Positions 23,684 through 32,935 of a stretch of DNA of 64,000 nt are shown here, piece by piece (positions within the stretch are counted from its first letter, which is position 1; the number at the start of each line of letters is the position of its first letter). A program made the position numbers and the translations under genes. Below the pieces are notes generated by a model. The model did not search any database. It was not told where the DNA came from and worked only from the letters and a program-made list of their open reading frames with translations. Origin of the DNA: Cyanidioschyzon merolae (lineage: Eukaryota); the NCBI GenBank assembly GCA_000091205.1, contig AP006494.2. One strand, 5' to 3'.

Positions 23684-26600
23684 ATGCTAGATACGGGACC
23701 CCCAGCGCCACCTCAATCCATTTTACATAACTTTTCGGCCTCAGGATACACCGCTGCCGATGATTGCCCCGATGAGCTCTTGCTAGCTGCTCTCGAAAAG
23801 AGCGGTAACCAAGCGTCCACCGCGGTGGGCGTCCCGCAAGCACCGTTCAACAATGAGCGTATCAACGAGACAGCGCTCGAGTTTCCGCTTTGCGCACGGG
23901 ACGAGCGTCCCGCAGCCGTCCCGCAAGCACCGTTCAACAATGAGCGTATCAACGAGACAGCGCTCGAGTTTCCGCTTTGCGCACGGGACGAGCGTCCCGC
24001 AGCCGTCCCGCAAGCACCGTTCAACAATGAGCGTATCAACGAGACAGCGCTCGAGTTTCCGCTTTGCGCACGGGACGAGCGTCCCGCAGCCGTCCCGCAA
24101 GCACCGTTCAACAATGAGCGTATCAACGAGACAGCGCTCGAGTTTCCGCTTTGCGCACGAGACGAGCGTCCCGCAGCCGTCACGCTCGACGAGGAGGCTG
24201 CAAATTCATGGACCTTTCCGGGTGCGTTGCACATTCGGGAGTACCAGTTCAACATTGTCCGCCGAGCGCTCACGCGCAATACCCTGGTCTGCCTCCCAAC
24301 AGGATTGGGTAAGACCCTGATCGCGGCCGTCGTGATGCTGAACTACATGCGCTGGTACCCTGACGGCATCGTCGTTTTTGTAGCGCCAACAAGACCACTC
24401 GTTCACCAGCAAATGAAGGCATGCTATCAGAGCGCAGGTATTGCACCCCAGCTCACAGCTGAGTTGACGGGCCATACGCGTTTGGCTGCCCGTCGAGCGC
24501 TCTGGCATTCCCGCCGGGTCTTCTTCTCAACCCCGCAGGTGATGTTGAACGATGTCCTGCGACACATCTGTCCCGTCCAGCGCATTGTCTGCGTCGTCTT
24601 TGATGAAGCGCACCGGGCAACTGGTCGATACGCTTACTGTGGACTGGTCTCCGAAATAGAACGGAGCACGGGGGGCTGTTTCCGCGTGCTTGCCCTGACG
24701 GCAACGCCAGGAAGCAGCGCGAACGCCATCCAGCAGGTTATCCACAACCTCCGAATAGCACATCTCGAGTTTCGGCAGGAAAGCGACCCGGACGTACTCC
24801 CGTACACGTACGAGCGCCAGGTGCGGGTAGAGCGAGTTCCTCTGGACGCGGCAATCGCTCAAGTCCTCGGTGCTTTTCAGCGGAGCCTTGCGAGCACGCT
24901 ACAGAAGCTCTGTGCACACGGTGCTTTTTATCAGCGCAACCCGGAAAAAGTGCAACACTACCAGCTAGTCATTGCACAGCGGCGTTGGATTGAGGCTTCT
25001 CGACGACAACAGACATCGAACGTCAATGCCAGCAGAACACTTCCCGTGGCGCTCTTTCGTGACTTTGCGCACGCGCTCCTACTCAGTCGATCAGTTGAGC
25101 TTTTGCGCTCTCAGGGACTAGGAACATGTGTTCGGTACCTCGAGCAGGAACGCACCGCTCAAGCAAAAGGCAACCCGCGTTCTCCGAATGAGCTCACCCG
25201 TCGAAGTGAGCTCCAGGAGCTCCACCTCCGAGTCAAACAGCTTCTCGAGCACGGTACGCGCCATCCGAAGATTGAACGATGCAAGGAGCTCGTTGTCCAG
25301 CACTTTCTGCGGCACGGCTCGTCGGCGTCAACACGAGTAATGATTTTCGTCCAGTACCGCGATGTCGTAGCAGAGCTGGAGGCAGCACTTTCCCAAGCGG
25401 CACCGACGGTTCGACCCGCCTCCTTCATCGGCCAAGCAAACAGTGGTATGACACAAGCCGACCAACATCGTATCATGCGCTTATTTCGACAGGGTGCGCT
25501 GAATTGCCTGGTGAGCACCAGTATCGGTGAAGAGGGCCTCGATATCGGGCACGTTGACCTCATCATCAGTTTCGACGCACTCGGATCGCCGATTCGCATG
25601 CTGCAACGGATGGGCAGGACTGCCAGGGCTCGTGCAGGCCAAGTCATTGTCCTTGTTTCGGAGTCGGCGGAATCACAGCGTTTCGAGGAGATGAATCGTC
25701 GAGCGAATGGTATCGCCGAAACGCTCCGCGATAAGTATAGCAAGTTTAAGTTTTTCAAGGAGTCACCGCTCATGCTGCCGGCTGAAGGCCAGCCGATTCG
25801 ATGCCAGGTGCTGCCGCTCACAGCGATGCCCGCGCTAGAGTCGCAGTCCCAGGAGCCTGAACGTCCCCGAGGGGAAGCGGGTTCGACGCAAGCCCCGCCG
25901 CTGTCGCCACGACTCGAGCGTTTGCTGGTGCTCTGCGTCAACTCAAATCGATCTATGGACTGGATGAAACGCCGTCCGTTGCTGGCGCTGAGCGCATCGC
26001 GGGATACATCGACTGAGGCGGCTCAGATTGTCCTCAACGAAAGCAGGTCCATCGAAGCGCAGTATCGGGTACGCTGCACTTCAACCACGTCGATGCTCTG
26101 GATCCGACTTCACCGACTTGTGCAGCACTTCCTTACCGGAATGCAGGCATCAGAGGTACCAATTTGCTTTGAACGGAGGCAGGGCATCGTCGGGCCTGGC
26201 CGCTGCTGTACGGATTGGAGACGCTCCCGCGAGCTCGCGCTCGACGTCCAGCCTGTTCCCTGCAGGGCGTCCGCGGAGCGCGCTCGGGCTCTGCTGGAGA
26301 CAGGGCCTGCTGAGGCCGCTCGGGCGCCTTTGAGCGATTTCCAGCTCACCTCGGATGCGTCGCAAACGGGTCCCCCGCATTCGGAGAGTGCTCATGGAGA
26401 ACCGATCATACCAATGTGTTCAACGAGCGTCCGGATCGACGCGACTGCAAGCGCTCCAGCCGCTGGTACAGGTGCTGTCGCCTCAGCCAGCGCAGTCTAT
26501 TCGTGTTCAGAAAGCGCTCGGTGCGATGCACATTCGGACCCCACATTGGATACAGCGCGTTATGCATCATCGCCCTGGAATGCACTTTTTCCTGAACCAT

Positions 26601-28996
26601 TGTCGACTCCAGCAGATGCCTCTGATCGCGTCGGTGCCCCGCGTGGCTCTCTGGACGCGGCCAGCAACACATCGAGCACCTCTTCGGTGGTGGAGATACC
26701 CACACCCCCGGAGCTGGTGTCGCGAGCACAGCAGGAGTGTCCAGCAGCGATTCCATCTTCAGATTCAAGGTCATCATCATCATCATCATCTGCGTCGTAT
26801 TCACTGTGTATTGCGGGGAGCTGTTCGCCGCACGGCACTCGGGGCGGTCACGAGTCGGTGCGGTCTACGCGAAGCAGCACACCTGCTTGCCGTATTGATG
26901 AATTTATCTCAAATACGGGTTTGTGGCATTCGTCGTCGGTTGCTGTTCAATCATTACAACGCGAAGCGAATGCAACGTTTCGGCCGACTGAGCATCCGGA
27001 TATTCCGAGTGATCACGGTGCATTCAGTGAAGCGCTGCAAGGTGCTGCACACAATGCTAACACTGGCAGCGTGGCGTGTCATGTGTCAGCTGCGCGGGAA
27101 TGCGCTACTCCAGACGTGCCAGAGGAGGTCGCTTCTTCAGATATCTATTGGGATGAGGTACTCTACCGCACTGCCGCTCTCGCGGAAGAGACCATTCATG
27201 GCCAGTCATGTAGATGTCGAGCGTCACCGCAGCAACTGAACGCGCACTCGCCAAAAACGGCACATTTAGGCTCACCTGCTCATGCGAGCGTCCAGCATCG
27301 TGGAGGCGGCACCCAGTCGGCAAGTCCCCAGACGTACGCCCAGCATTGCCCCGGTTACCCCGGTGAGGCGGTGACTCCAGGGGCGCCACCGTCCTTCCTG
27401 GACGACAACGGTAGCCTGAACTCGGTCGGAGCACCAGCTCGGATACCTACCAAGCGACAACGCGCTCACCTACGGCGAGCACAGGCGAGCGATACGGGAA
27501 CACCGGTGCAGTCGCCGAGCGGCGGCAGCCAGTGTGTCTGTACCCGTTCGAGTGCACGCTCGCACCGCGTTGCTGCGTTAGAGCACTCTCCGGCTATTTT
27601 GACGCCATTCTTGCACCACCGCGCCGCAAGAAGGCCACGGCTGGTCCGAATCAGCGACGCTGCCAGTCAGGTTGCACAGGGCACTGCTCTGAGCGACGCG
27701 CTGCCTAGCGGTAGCGCCAGTCGCTGTCTTGAGGTTGCGGAGGCGTCGCCACGAATATCCGCGAGGCTCGGCTCGGTTGCGCAGCGTCCACGCGCGGCTG
27801 GTACCCGAAGCGCACCCAACAAAAGGATCCGACGCAAGCGTCGGCGTGAACTCGTAGCCGCTTTCATCGACGATCAAGCGGAGGTCTCCAGTTCCGAAGG
27901 CAATGCCTCCGTTGATCCAGACGTTGCCGAAGCGCTTCGCGGCACCGACGGCGACTCCACTAGTCCTGATACCGATACGCCGGGCTCCCTGCGAGCATTC
28001 CTCACGAGCCAGGCGACGAGCCAGTCCACCGGTGAACAACGTCGACAGCGGGCGATGTACTGGCGCTCGTTGCGCTCGCCACAGCTCCACTCACCATTAT
28101 CAGCACAAGTGGAGCACAGTTTGACGACAACGACAACGGATCATCGTGCCTCTATCGTCCAGAGTGGAGCCTCTTCAGAAACCACATCACGACACGGTAT
28201 GCTGGCCGGTCTGAATGAGCCCAGCGAAGGCACTGCAACGGAGCCGGTTGCATCGTCTCCAGACACACCGTGTTATCGCTGTGGGCGGAGTCAGGACCCG
28301 GAGCGTACGCTCCTGTGTGACCGCTGCGACATCGAGTGCCATACGTATTGCTGTGATCCACCGTATGCATCTGTTCCCAGTGGATCCTGGTACTGTCCCC
28401 GGTGTGAGGCGTATCAGCGGAATGTACGCATCCTGGTACATTCGCGCAACCTGAACCATCCCCTACTGACCGCAGTTCGGGAGCAACTCGCGCGCTCGTA
28501 TCCATTGTCGGGTCTGGTACCGTGTGCGGGCCTCGAAGCAGACTATGTCGTGTCGCCGCGAGTTGCAGTGTTCTTTCTCGGACCCGAAAGTGGTCGCACA
28601 CCGAATAGAGAACAGTGGTTCGAGCGACTCGAACGAGCAGCTTCCCGTTACACGCGCATCTTCGTGTGTTGGGTATGGACGAGTCCAATTCAGTTGAGTC
28701 CACGAGGTCTCCCGGCCGTGCTCAACACAAATGCAACGCTCCTTCGCTGCAGCGGAATCGCTCAGGCAGCGGAACGCATCACTGACCTTGCGCTTCTCGA
28801 GCACAGAAGCGGTTACGGACTCGCCTGGGTTCCTTTGTCGTGGCCGGATCGCTTTCAAATGGCCTTAGGATTTCTTCAAAAAGCCGCCGATATGTCCTTC
28901 CTACATGCTATGCTGCTTCTGCTTCGCCACGGCAACGGGATGGACGCTCTACGGGACTGGTATCGCCACGAGGGCGCAGCAATGGCGACAACGTGA
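23684..28996 (+). CDS. FANCM: FANCM/Mph1/Hef-family DEAH helicase (~1770 aa) with C-terminal PHD finger and degenerate ERCC4-like pseudo-nuclease domain
   Basis: ORF 23648..28996 (GTG at 23648; first ATG 23684). Helicase motifs REYQFNIVRRALTRNTLVCLPTGLGKTLIAAVVM, VVFVAPTRPLVHQQ, CVVFDEAHRATG, LVSTSIGEEGLDIGHVDLIISFDALGSPIRMLQRMGRTARARAG at ~24210..25650. PHD finger CYRCGRSQDPERTLLCDRCDIECHTYCCDPPYASVPSGSWYCPRCE at ~28270..28408. ERCC4-like LEADYVVSPRVAVFFLG with the ERK triad replaced, at ~28420..28800. Confidence 0.85.
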   Translation: MLDTGPPAPPQSILHNFSASGYTAADDCPDELLLAALEKSGNQASTAVGVPQAPFNNERINETALEFPLCARDERPAAVPQAPFNNERINETALEFPLCARDERPAAVPQAPFNNERINETALEFPLCARDERPAAVPQAPFNNERINETALEFPLCARDERPAAVTLDEEAANSWTFPGALHIREYQFNIVRRALTRNTLVCLPTGLGKTLIAAVVMLNYMRWYPDGIVVFVAPTRPLVHQQMKACYQSAGIAPQLTAELTGHTRLAARRALWHSRRVFFSTPQVMLNDVLRHICPVQRIVCVVFDEAHRATGRYAYCGLVSEIERSTGGCFRVLALTATPGSSANAIQQVIHNLRIAHLEFRQESDPDVLPYTYERQVRVERVPLDAAIAQVLGAFQRSLASTLQKLCAHGAFYQRNPEKVQHYQLVIAQRRWIEASRRQQTSNVNASRTLPVALFRDFAHALLLSRSVELLRSQGLGTCVRYLEQERTAQAKGNPRSPNELTRRSELQELHLRVKQLLEHGTRHPKIERCKELVVQHFLRHGSSASTRVMIFVQYRDVVAELEAALSQAAPTVRPASFIGQANSGMTQADQHRIMRLFRQGALNCLVSTSIGEEGLDIGHVDLIISFDALGSPIRMLQRMGRTARARAGQVIVLVSESAESQRFEEMNRRANGIAETLRDKYSKFKFFKESPLMLPAEGQPIRCQVLPLTAMPALESQSQEPERPRGEAGSTQAPPLSPRLERLLVLCVNSNRSMDWMKRRPLLALSASRDTSTEAAQIVLNESRSIEAQYRVRCTSTTSMLWIRLHRLVQHFLTGMQASEVPICFERRQGIVGPGRCCTDWRRSRELALDVQPVPCRASAERARALLETGPAEAARAPLSDFQLTSDASQTGPPHSESAHGEPIIPMCSTSVRIDATASAPAAGTGAVASASAVYSCSESARCDAHSDPTLDTARYASSPWNALFPEPLSTPADASDRVGAPRGSLDAASNTSSTSSVVEIPTPPELVSRAQQECPAAIPSSDSRSSSSSSSASYSLCIAGSCSPHGTRGGHESVRSTRSSTPACRIDEFISNTGLWHSSSVAVQSLQREANATFRPTEHPDIPSDHGAFSEALQGAAHNANTGSVACHVSAARECATPDVPEEVASSDIYWDEVLYRTAALAEETIHGQSCRCRASPQQLNAHSPKTAHLGSPAHASVQHRGGGTQSASPQTYAQHCPGYPGEAVTPGAPPSFLDDNGSLNSVGAPARIPTKRQRAHLRRAQASDTGTPVQSPSGGSQCVCTRSSARSHRVAALEHSPAILTPFLHHRAARRPRLVRISDAASQVAQGTALSDALPSGSASRCLEVAEASPRISARLGSVAQRPRAAGTRSAPNKRIRRKRRRELVAAFIDDQAEVSSSEGNASVDPDVAEALRGTDGDSTSPDTDTPGSLRAFLTSQATSQSTGEQRRQRAMYWRSLRSPQLHSPLSAQVEHSLTTTTTDHRASIVQSGASSETTSRHGMLAGLNEPSEGTATEPVASSPDTPCYRCGRSQDPERTLLCDRCDIECHTYCCDPPYASVPSGSWYCPRCEAYQRNVRILVHSRNLNHPLLTAVREQLARSYPLSGLVPCAGLEADYVVSPRVAVFFLGPESGRTPNREQWFERLERAASRYTRIFVCWVWTSPIQLSPRGLPAVLNTNATLLRCSGIAQAAERITDLALLEHRSGYGLAWVPLSWPDRFQMALGFLQKAADMSFLHAMLLLLRHGNGMDALRDWYRHEGAAMATT
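23831..24178 (+). repeat. Four perfect tandem copies of an 87-bp unit, in frame inside the FANCM-like CDS (29-aa repeat PQAPFNNERINETALEFPLCARDERPAAV)
   Basis: Unit start positions 23831, 23918, 24005, 24092. Only one substitution is visible across all copies. Confidence 0.95.
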
Positions 28997-29216
28997 GCCT
29001 TTAGCGCAGCCGCTGCGAATGCTTGGCTGTCGAGTGCCAGCACCGTGGCGAAATCGTCGACACGAACCTGATCTAAAAGCGATAGGAAACGCCGTCTATC
29101 AACAGCATTCTTTCGAAACAGCGCCTCGCTATAGACGACCGGTGATCACGACCTGGCAGGTAAGACCAAGCGCATGAGTGACCCCTGGGGACGCGTGAAT
29201 GCACGTGTTCTTCAGT

Positions 29217-30350
29217 TTAGCGGGCGTTCGCGCGCAAATTCCGAATATGCAAAAGTGAATCTACAGGTGAACGACAGATGGGGCAACGATCGCTACGCAC
29301 GCGCAACAACTGTGCACAGTCTACACAGAGACACAGGTGGCGACACGGCAGCACCGTGGTATCCCGCGGGTCCGTCATGCAAATGATACAGAGATCATCG
29401 TGTTCTGCTTCAGCGGCTGCAGCGTCGGAATCGTCTGCAGAGGCCATGCGCTCCTCGATGCCGTAGATCTCCTGCAACTCGTAAATGGTGCCGTCTACCA
29501 GGATTTTCTGTTGGACGACCTTGACCGGGATCTCGTCAGCGAGCTCGAGTCCTTTCGGTGGCATGCACAGCGTCACGTATGTGGCCTGGAAACGCACGAG
29601 GCTGCCTCCATTGGGGTCTGTGTCCGTCGAGCGCCCCGCAGACTGTTGTACCTGCCTGTGGCCGCTCTTGGCGAGATCTTCGGCGCTCTCAAGGCGCTGC
29701 AGCAGAATCACAATCGGGTATCGATGCTTGGCGAGTTTGGCCGGGTTCTGTTCGAAAAGAAACGACTCGCGATATCGACTGGGCACGAAACCGCGGTGGC
29801 TATTCTGGCGGTACCGCTGGCCCATACCGGCCTCGAATGGGGTAGGTACTGGGGGCACCGGCTCCAGCGGCTCGACATGGAACTGCTCAACGCGCGTTGT
29901 GCGGTTCGTGAGGTCCTTCGCCATGAAGAAGACTGTGCAGAGGCCCGAGCACGTTGCGTCAAAAACAAACTCCAACAAAAACTGCTGTGGATTTTCGGGA
30001 TCTCTAACAAGGCGTACACTCTTCTTCCGAACATTCAAGTCGTTCTTTATGGTGTACGCGTGAACCATGGTCGGAACCGGCTGTGTGGAACGCTCCGCAC
30101 CACCCTGCAGCCAGCGGAGTCCGGAACTCGAGCCCTGATTCACATCGCCGCCAGGTCGTTGCCAGGAAACCGTGCCGGTCGGAGGCAACCCGTCAACGGC
30201 ACCGGGCTGGGGCACGAGGTTGCCGGGGCTCGTTTCCACAGCTGGTACCGGACGAGGCCCCAGCACCCGTGCCTCCGGTGCATCGTTTCCCGGTCCGTCT
30301 CCGAATCGCTGTGCAACGTGTACATCAGCCTGCGAGTTCACGTTTCCCAT
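29217..30350 (-). CDS. MGRN1/LOG2-type RING E3 ubiquitin ligase with N-myristoylation signal
   Basis: ATG at 30350..30348. MGNVNSQ N-terminus (MGxxxS myristoylation consensus). DAR2-like NVRKKSVRLVRDPENPQQFLLEFVFDATCSGLCTVFF. C-terminal C3HC4 RING CIICMTDPRDTTVLPCRHLCLCVDCAQLLRVRSDRCPICRSP. Confidence 0.8.
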   Translation of the reverse strand: MGNVNSQADVHVAQRFGDGPGNDAPEARVLGPRPVPAVETSPGNLVPQPGAVDGLPPTGTVSWQRPGGDVNQGSSSGLRWLQGGAERSTQPVPTMVHAYTIKNDLNVRKKSVRLVRDPENPQQFLLEFVFDATCSGLCTVFFMAKDLTNRTTRVEQFHVEPLEPVPPVPTPFEAGMGQRYRQNSHRGFVPSRYRESFLFEQNPAKLAKHRYPIVILLQRLESAEDLAKSGHRQVQQSAGRSTDTDPNGGSLVRFQATYVTLCMPPKGLELADEIPVKVVQQKILVDGTIYELQEIYGIEERMASADDSDAAAAEAEHDDLCIICMTDPRDTTVLPCRHLCLCVDCAQLLRVRSDRCPICRSPVDSLLHIRNLRANAR

Positions 30351-30425
30351 GAAATGAGCAACGAGTCGGGTGTGCTTCGAGGGCCCGTCTGTACACGGCT
30401 TTTATAGCGAACGCGCTGCGTAACT

Positions 30426-30636
30426 GCTAGGTCGCTAGGTCGCTAGGTTGCTAGGTCGCTAGGTCGCTAGGTCGCTAGGTCGCTAGGTCGCTAGGTCGCT
30501 AGGTCGCTAGATCGCTTGGTCGTTAGGTCGCTAGGTCGCTAGGTCGCTAGGTCGCTAGGTCGCTAGGTCGCTAGGTCGCTAGGTCGCTAGGTCGCTAGGT
30601 CGCTAGGTCGCTAGGTCGCTAGGTCGCTAGGTCGCT
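30426..30636. repeat. (GCTAGGTC)n 8-bp minisatellite, ~26 copies with few variants
   Basis: Read directly from sequence. Lies immediately 5' of the minus-strand RING E3 gene start (30350). Confidence 0.95.
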
Positions 30637-31883
30637 ACCGTTTCTCCGACCTGAGACGTTACCAGAGGCCTGCGGCACGGGCCCGGCGCAGGCAGGCCCT
30701 TGCGCTGCGATGATCGAGCGCGCTGCGCACTGGATACCTCATGAGCAGCTAGCGTTCACGGTTGCATGGAGCGCGGGCTGCTTGGTATCGTGTCCGGTTT
30801 TGCCAAAGGCAAGACGGGTTTGAATCTCGAGGAATGTGGTCGTGCTTTTCGAGTGAGGTATGGTGGTCTGTTTTCTGAAAGTTTAGAGCACGTACGCTTT
30901 CAGTGGAGTCTAGATCGATGCACCTAACGCACCAGGTAGAAGGAAGGCCTGCTTGCGTTGCTTCTCGTGAGGATCGGAAGCGCTTTGCGCACGTGTTTCA
31001 GCACTTGCAGGTATGCATGGGGAACGGTTCGTGGGAACGCGAAACTATTGAAGCCGCGAAAGACTGTGCACACTTTAGTTGTAGCGGTCGATGGTCAGGT
31101 GCGGAAACCTTGGGGTGCGTAGAAGGCGAGCGTTGCGCTCGCCGTTCTGCAGCGCAGAGGCTCGATCAGAAACGATCCGGTATCATAGTTGGGCACGTGC
31201 TTGCAGGGACATTGCTTACCCAGACACGCTTTTCTAAAAATACGGTCTTGTCGTTACGTTTCCTGGTTCGAGCGGGCGCGTCACCAGGTGAGGTCCACAA
31301 AGCACCTCGCTAGCGCGCGCGTTGCGGACGAATCCCAGAGAAATCACAGCGGCAGTCCAGGACTTGTACGACGAATGCAGTATAAGGGCATCATTACGTG
31401 CGGGTTGGAAGCAGTTTACGGAGGGATTTGTTGACTTTCGTCGGATCGGCGTTTGTGCCGGCCTTTGTGCCTCCCAATGAATCTTGCATATGGATTCGCT
31501 CTGGGTAGCGGCGAGGCGCCATTTTGCGCGTCAGCAGCTCTCTCTGTTGCGCTGATGTCGAGTCCGGTCTGGTGACTTTATTTGCTGGCGCATCAGGCAT
31601 GGCGCTCGAGGCATCAGCGCATCGTTACGGGCATTGGCATCCACGCGTACGCTTCCCAGCGCTTGGGTGACAGATTCGATCGCGTGCGCTTCCACTAGTC
31701 AAGCACGTAAACGGTTCCCGCCTTCAAGCGATGAGACGACGGCATACAAAGCAGAGCCTGGAACGCCTACAACGCAGATCGCGGTGCTGCTTCGGATGCC
31801 GACGCTCGCTGCAGCGCGCACGATGGATCGTCGAACGCAGCCGACGTTGCCGCCGGTGAAGTAGAACTGGATGCGTGTGTGGA

Positions 31884-32041
31884 TGCATGCATGCATGCAT
31901 GCATACGTGCGTCCCTGTTGATATGCGTGTCTAGATCGAAGCGCTCAGCGACAGCATCAGCTGCGATCGCGTGTTGCTCGAAGCGGCACTTTGGCTGGCA
32001 ACGTGTCGCAGACACGCAGACACGCAGACACGCAGACACGC
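31884..32041. repeat. Cluster of simple repeats: (GCAT)5 at 31884..31905 and (CAGACACG)4 at 32009..32041
   Basis: Read directly. Lies 3' of the DP gene. Confidence 0.9.
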
Positions 32042-32176
32042 ATGGATTGCAATGATGGCCCATGTCGCAACGGTGCGCAGTACGGATGCGGCAGCGTCGG
32101 CGGCCTGTAACGATCACGAATGAGGCATCGGCATCCGCACAGCAGCAGGCGATGCCTCGATCCCGCTGCGCTGGGG

Positions 32177-32935
32177 TCATAGCGGAGGCTCGCTGGCTGC
32201 TGCTGTCGCCGATGCCGATGTTGATGCCGATGCCTCATTCGAACCCAAGGCACAGTTGGTAGTCGCGGGCACCGACGCGCTATCCTGTCTGGCACCCGAG
32301 TTGCAGATCATCGCGTCCAGCTCCAGTAAGACGCCGTCCGCGTCATACACCTGGAACGGGCGATTGAAGGTGAAGCTGCAGCGATCTGAACCTGGTTCGT
32401 CTCCGTCGATATCGACTGCTGCATCCGGATCGGTGGCGATCAGCAGGAACGGCAGCCGAACAGCCGAATCGCCTTGTAGCGACGCGGAGCGCGGGCGCCC
32501 GCTGCTCGCCACCGCCGCACCGCGCATATTGCGTTGGACAAGGCGCTCGAGCGCTCGTACAATTGTGCGGTATCGCTGGATCCGGCCGTCCTTGTCCCGC
32601 ACACTCGAACTCAGACGGCTCAGTTCGTTCTCGAGGAGAGACTGCTCTCGTACGCTGGCGCGAGGTAGACCATGCCAGCGGACAGCGCGACGATCTTTGT
32701 GCACCACGCCGATAGCACACAGCACATTCAGCGCATCGTAGACTCGACGGCGCACATTCTTCTCTTCACTCGCCGGATCACGCAACGCTACGCCATTGTT
32801 TCCCTGCAGCAGTTCGGCGACCAGCTCATCCGCGACCTCATTGTAGGTGGTCTCGCCTTTCTGCTCGACTTTGTGGCAAATACGAACGGCAAAGTGACGG
32901 AGGCCTTTTTCCTCACGGGGCCGCCCGGACCTCAT
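32177..32935 (-). CDS. TFDP: Transcription factor DP (E2F dimerisation partner)
   Basis: KGLRHFAVRICHKVEQKGETTYNEVADELVAELLQ...NVRRRVYDALNVLCAIGVVHKDRRAVRWHGLP is the DP DNA-binding domain, followed by the dimerisation region. The track ORF extends to a GTG at 33187; the first in-frame ATG is 32935, leaving only ~8 residues before the DNA-binding domain. The true start is uncertain, possibly an upstream exon. Confidence 0.78.
   Translation of the reverse strand: MRSGRPREEKGLRHFAVRICHKVEQKGETTYNEVADELVAELLQGNNGVALRDPASEEKNVRRRVYDALNVLCAIGVVHKDRRAVRWHGLPRASVREQSLLENELSRLSSSVRDKDGRIQRYRTIVRALERLVQRNMRGAAVASSGRPRSASLQGDSAVRLPFLLIATDPDAAVDIDGDEPGSDRCSFTFNRPFQVYDADGVLLELDAMICNSGARQDSASVPATTNCALGSNEASASTSASATAAASEPPL

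Noticed and set aside
23713-24279. 188-aa and 105-aa minus-strand ORFs with internal repeats
   Set aside because: Artefacts of the 4 x 87-bp repeat inside the FANCM-like CDS. The sense strand carries the real in-frame repeat.
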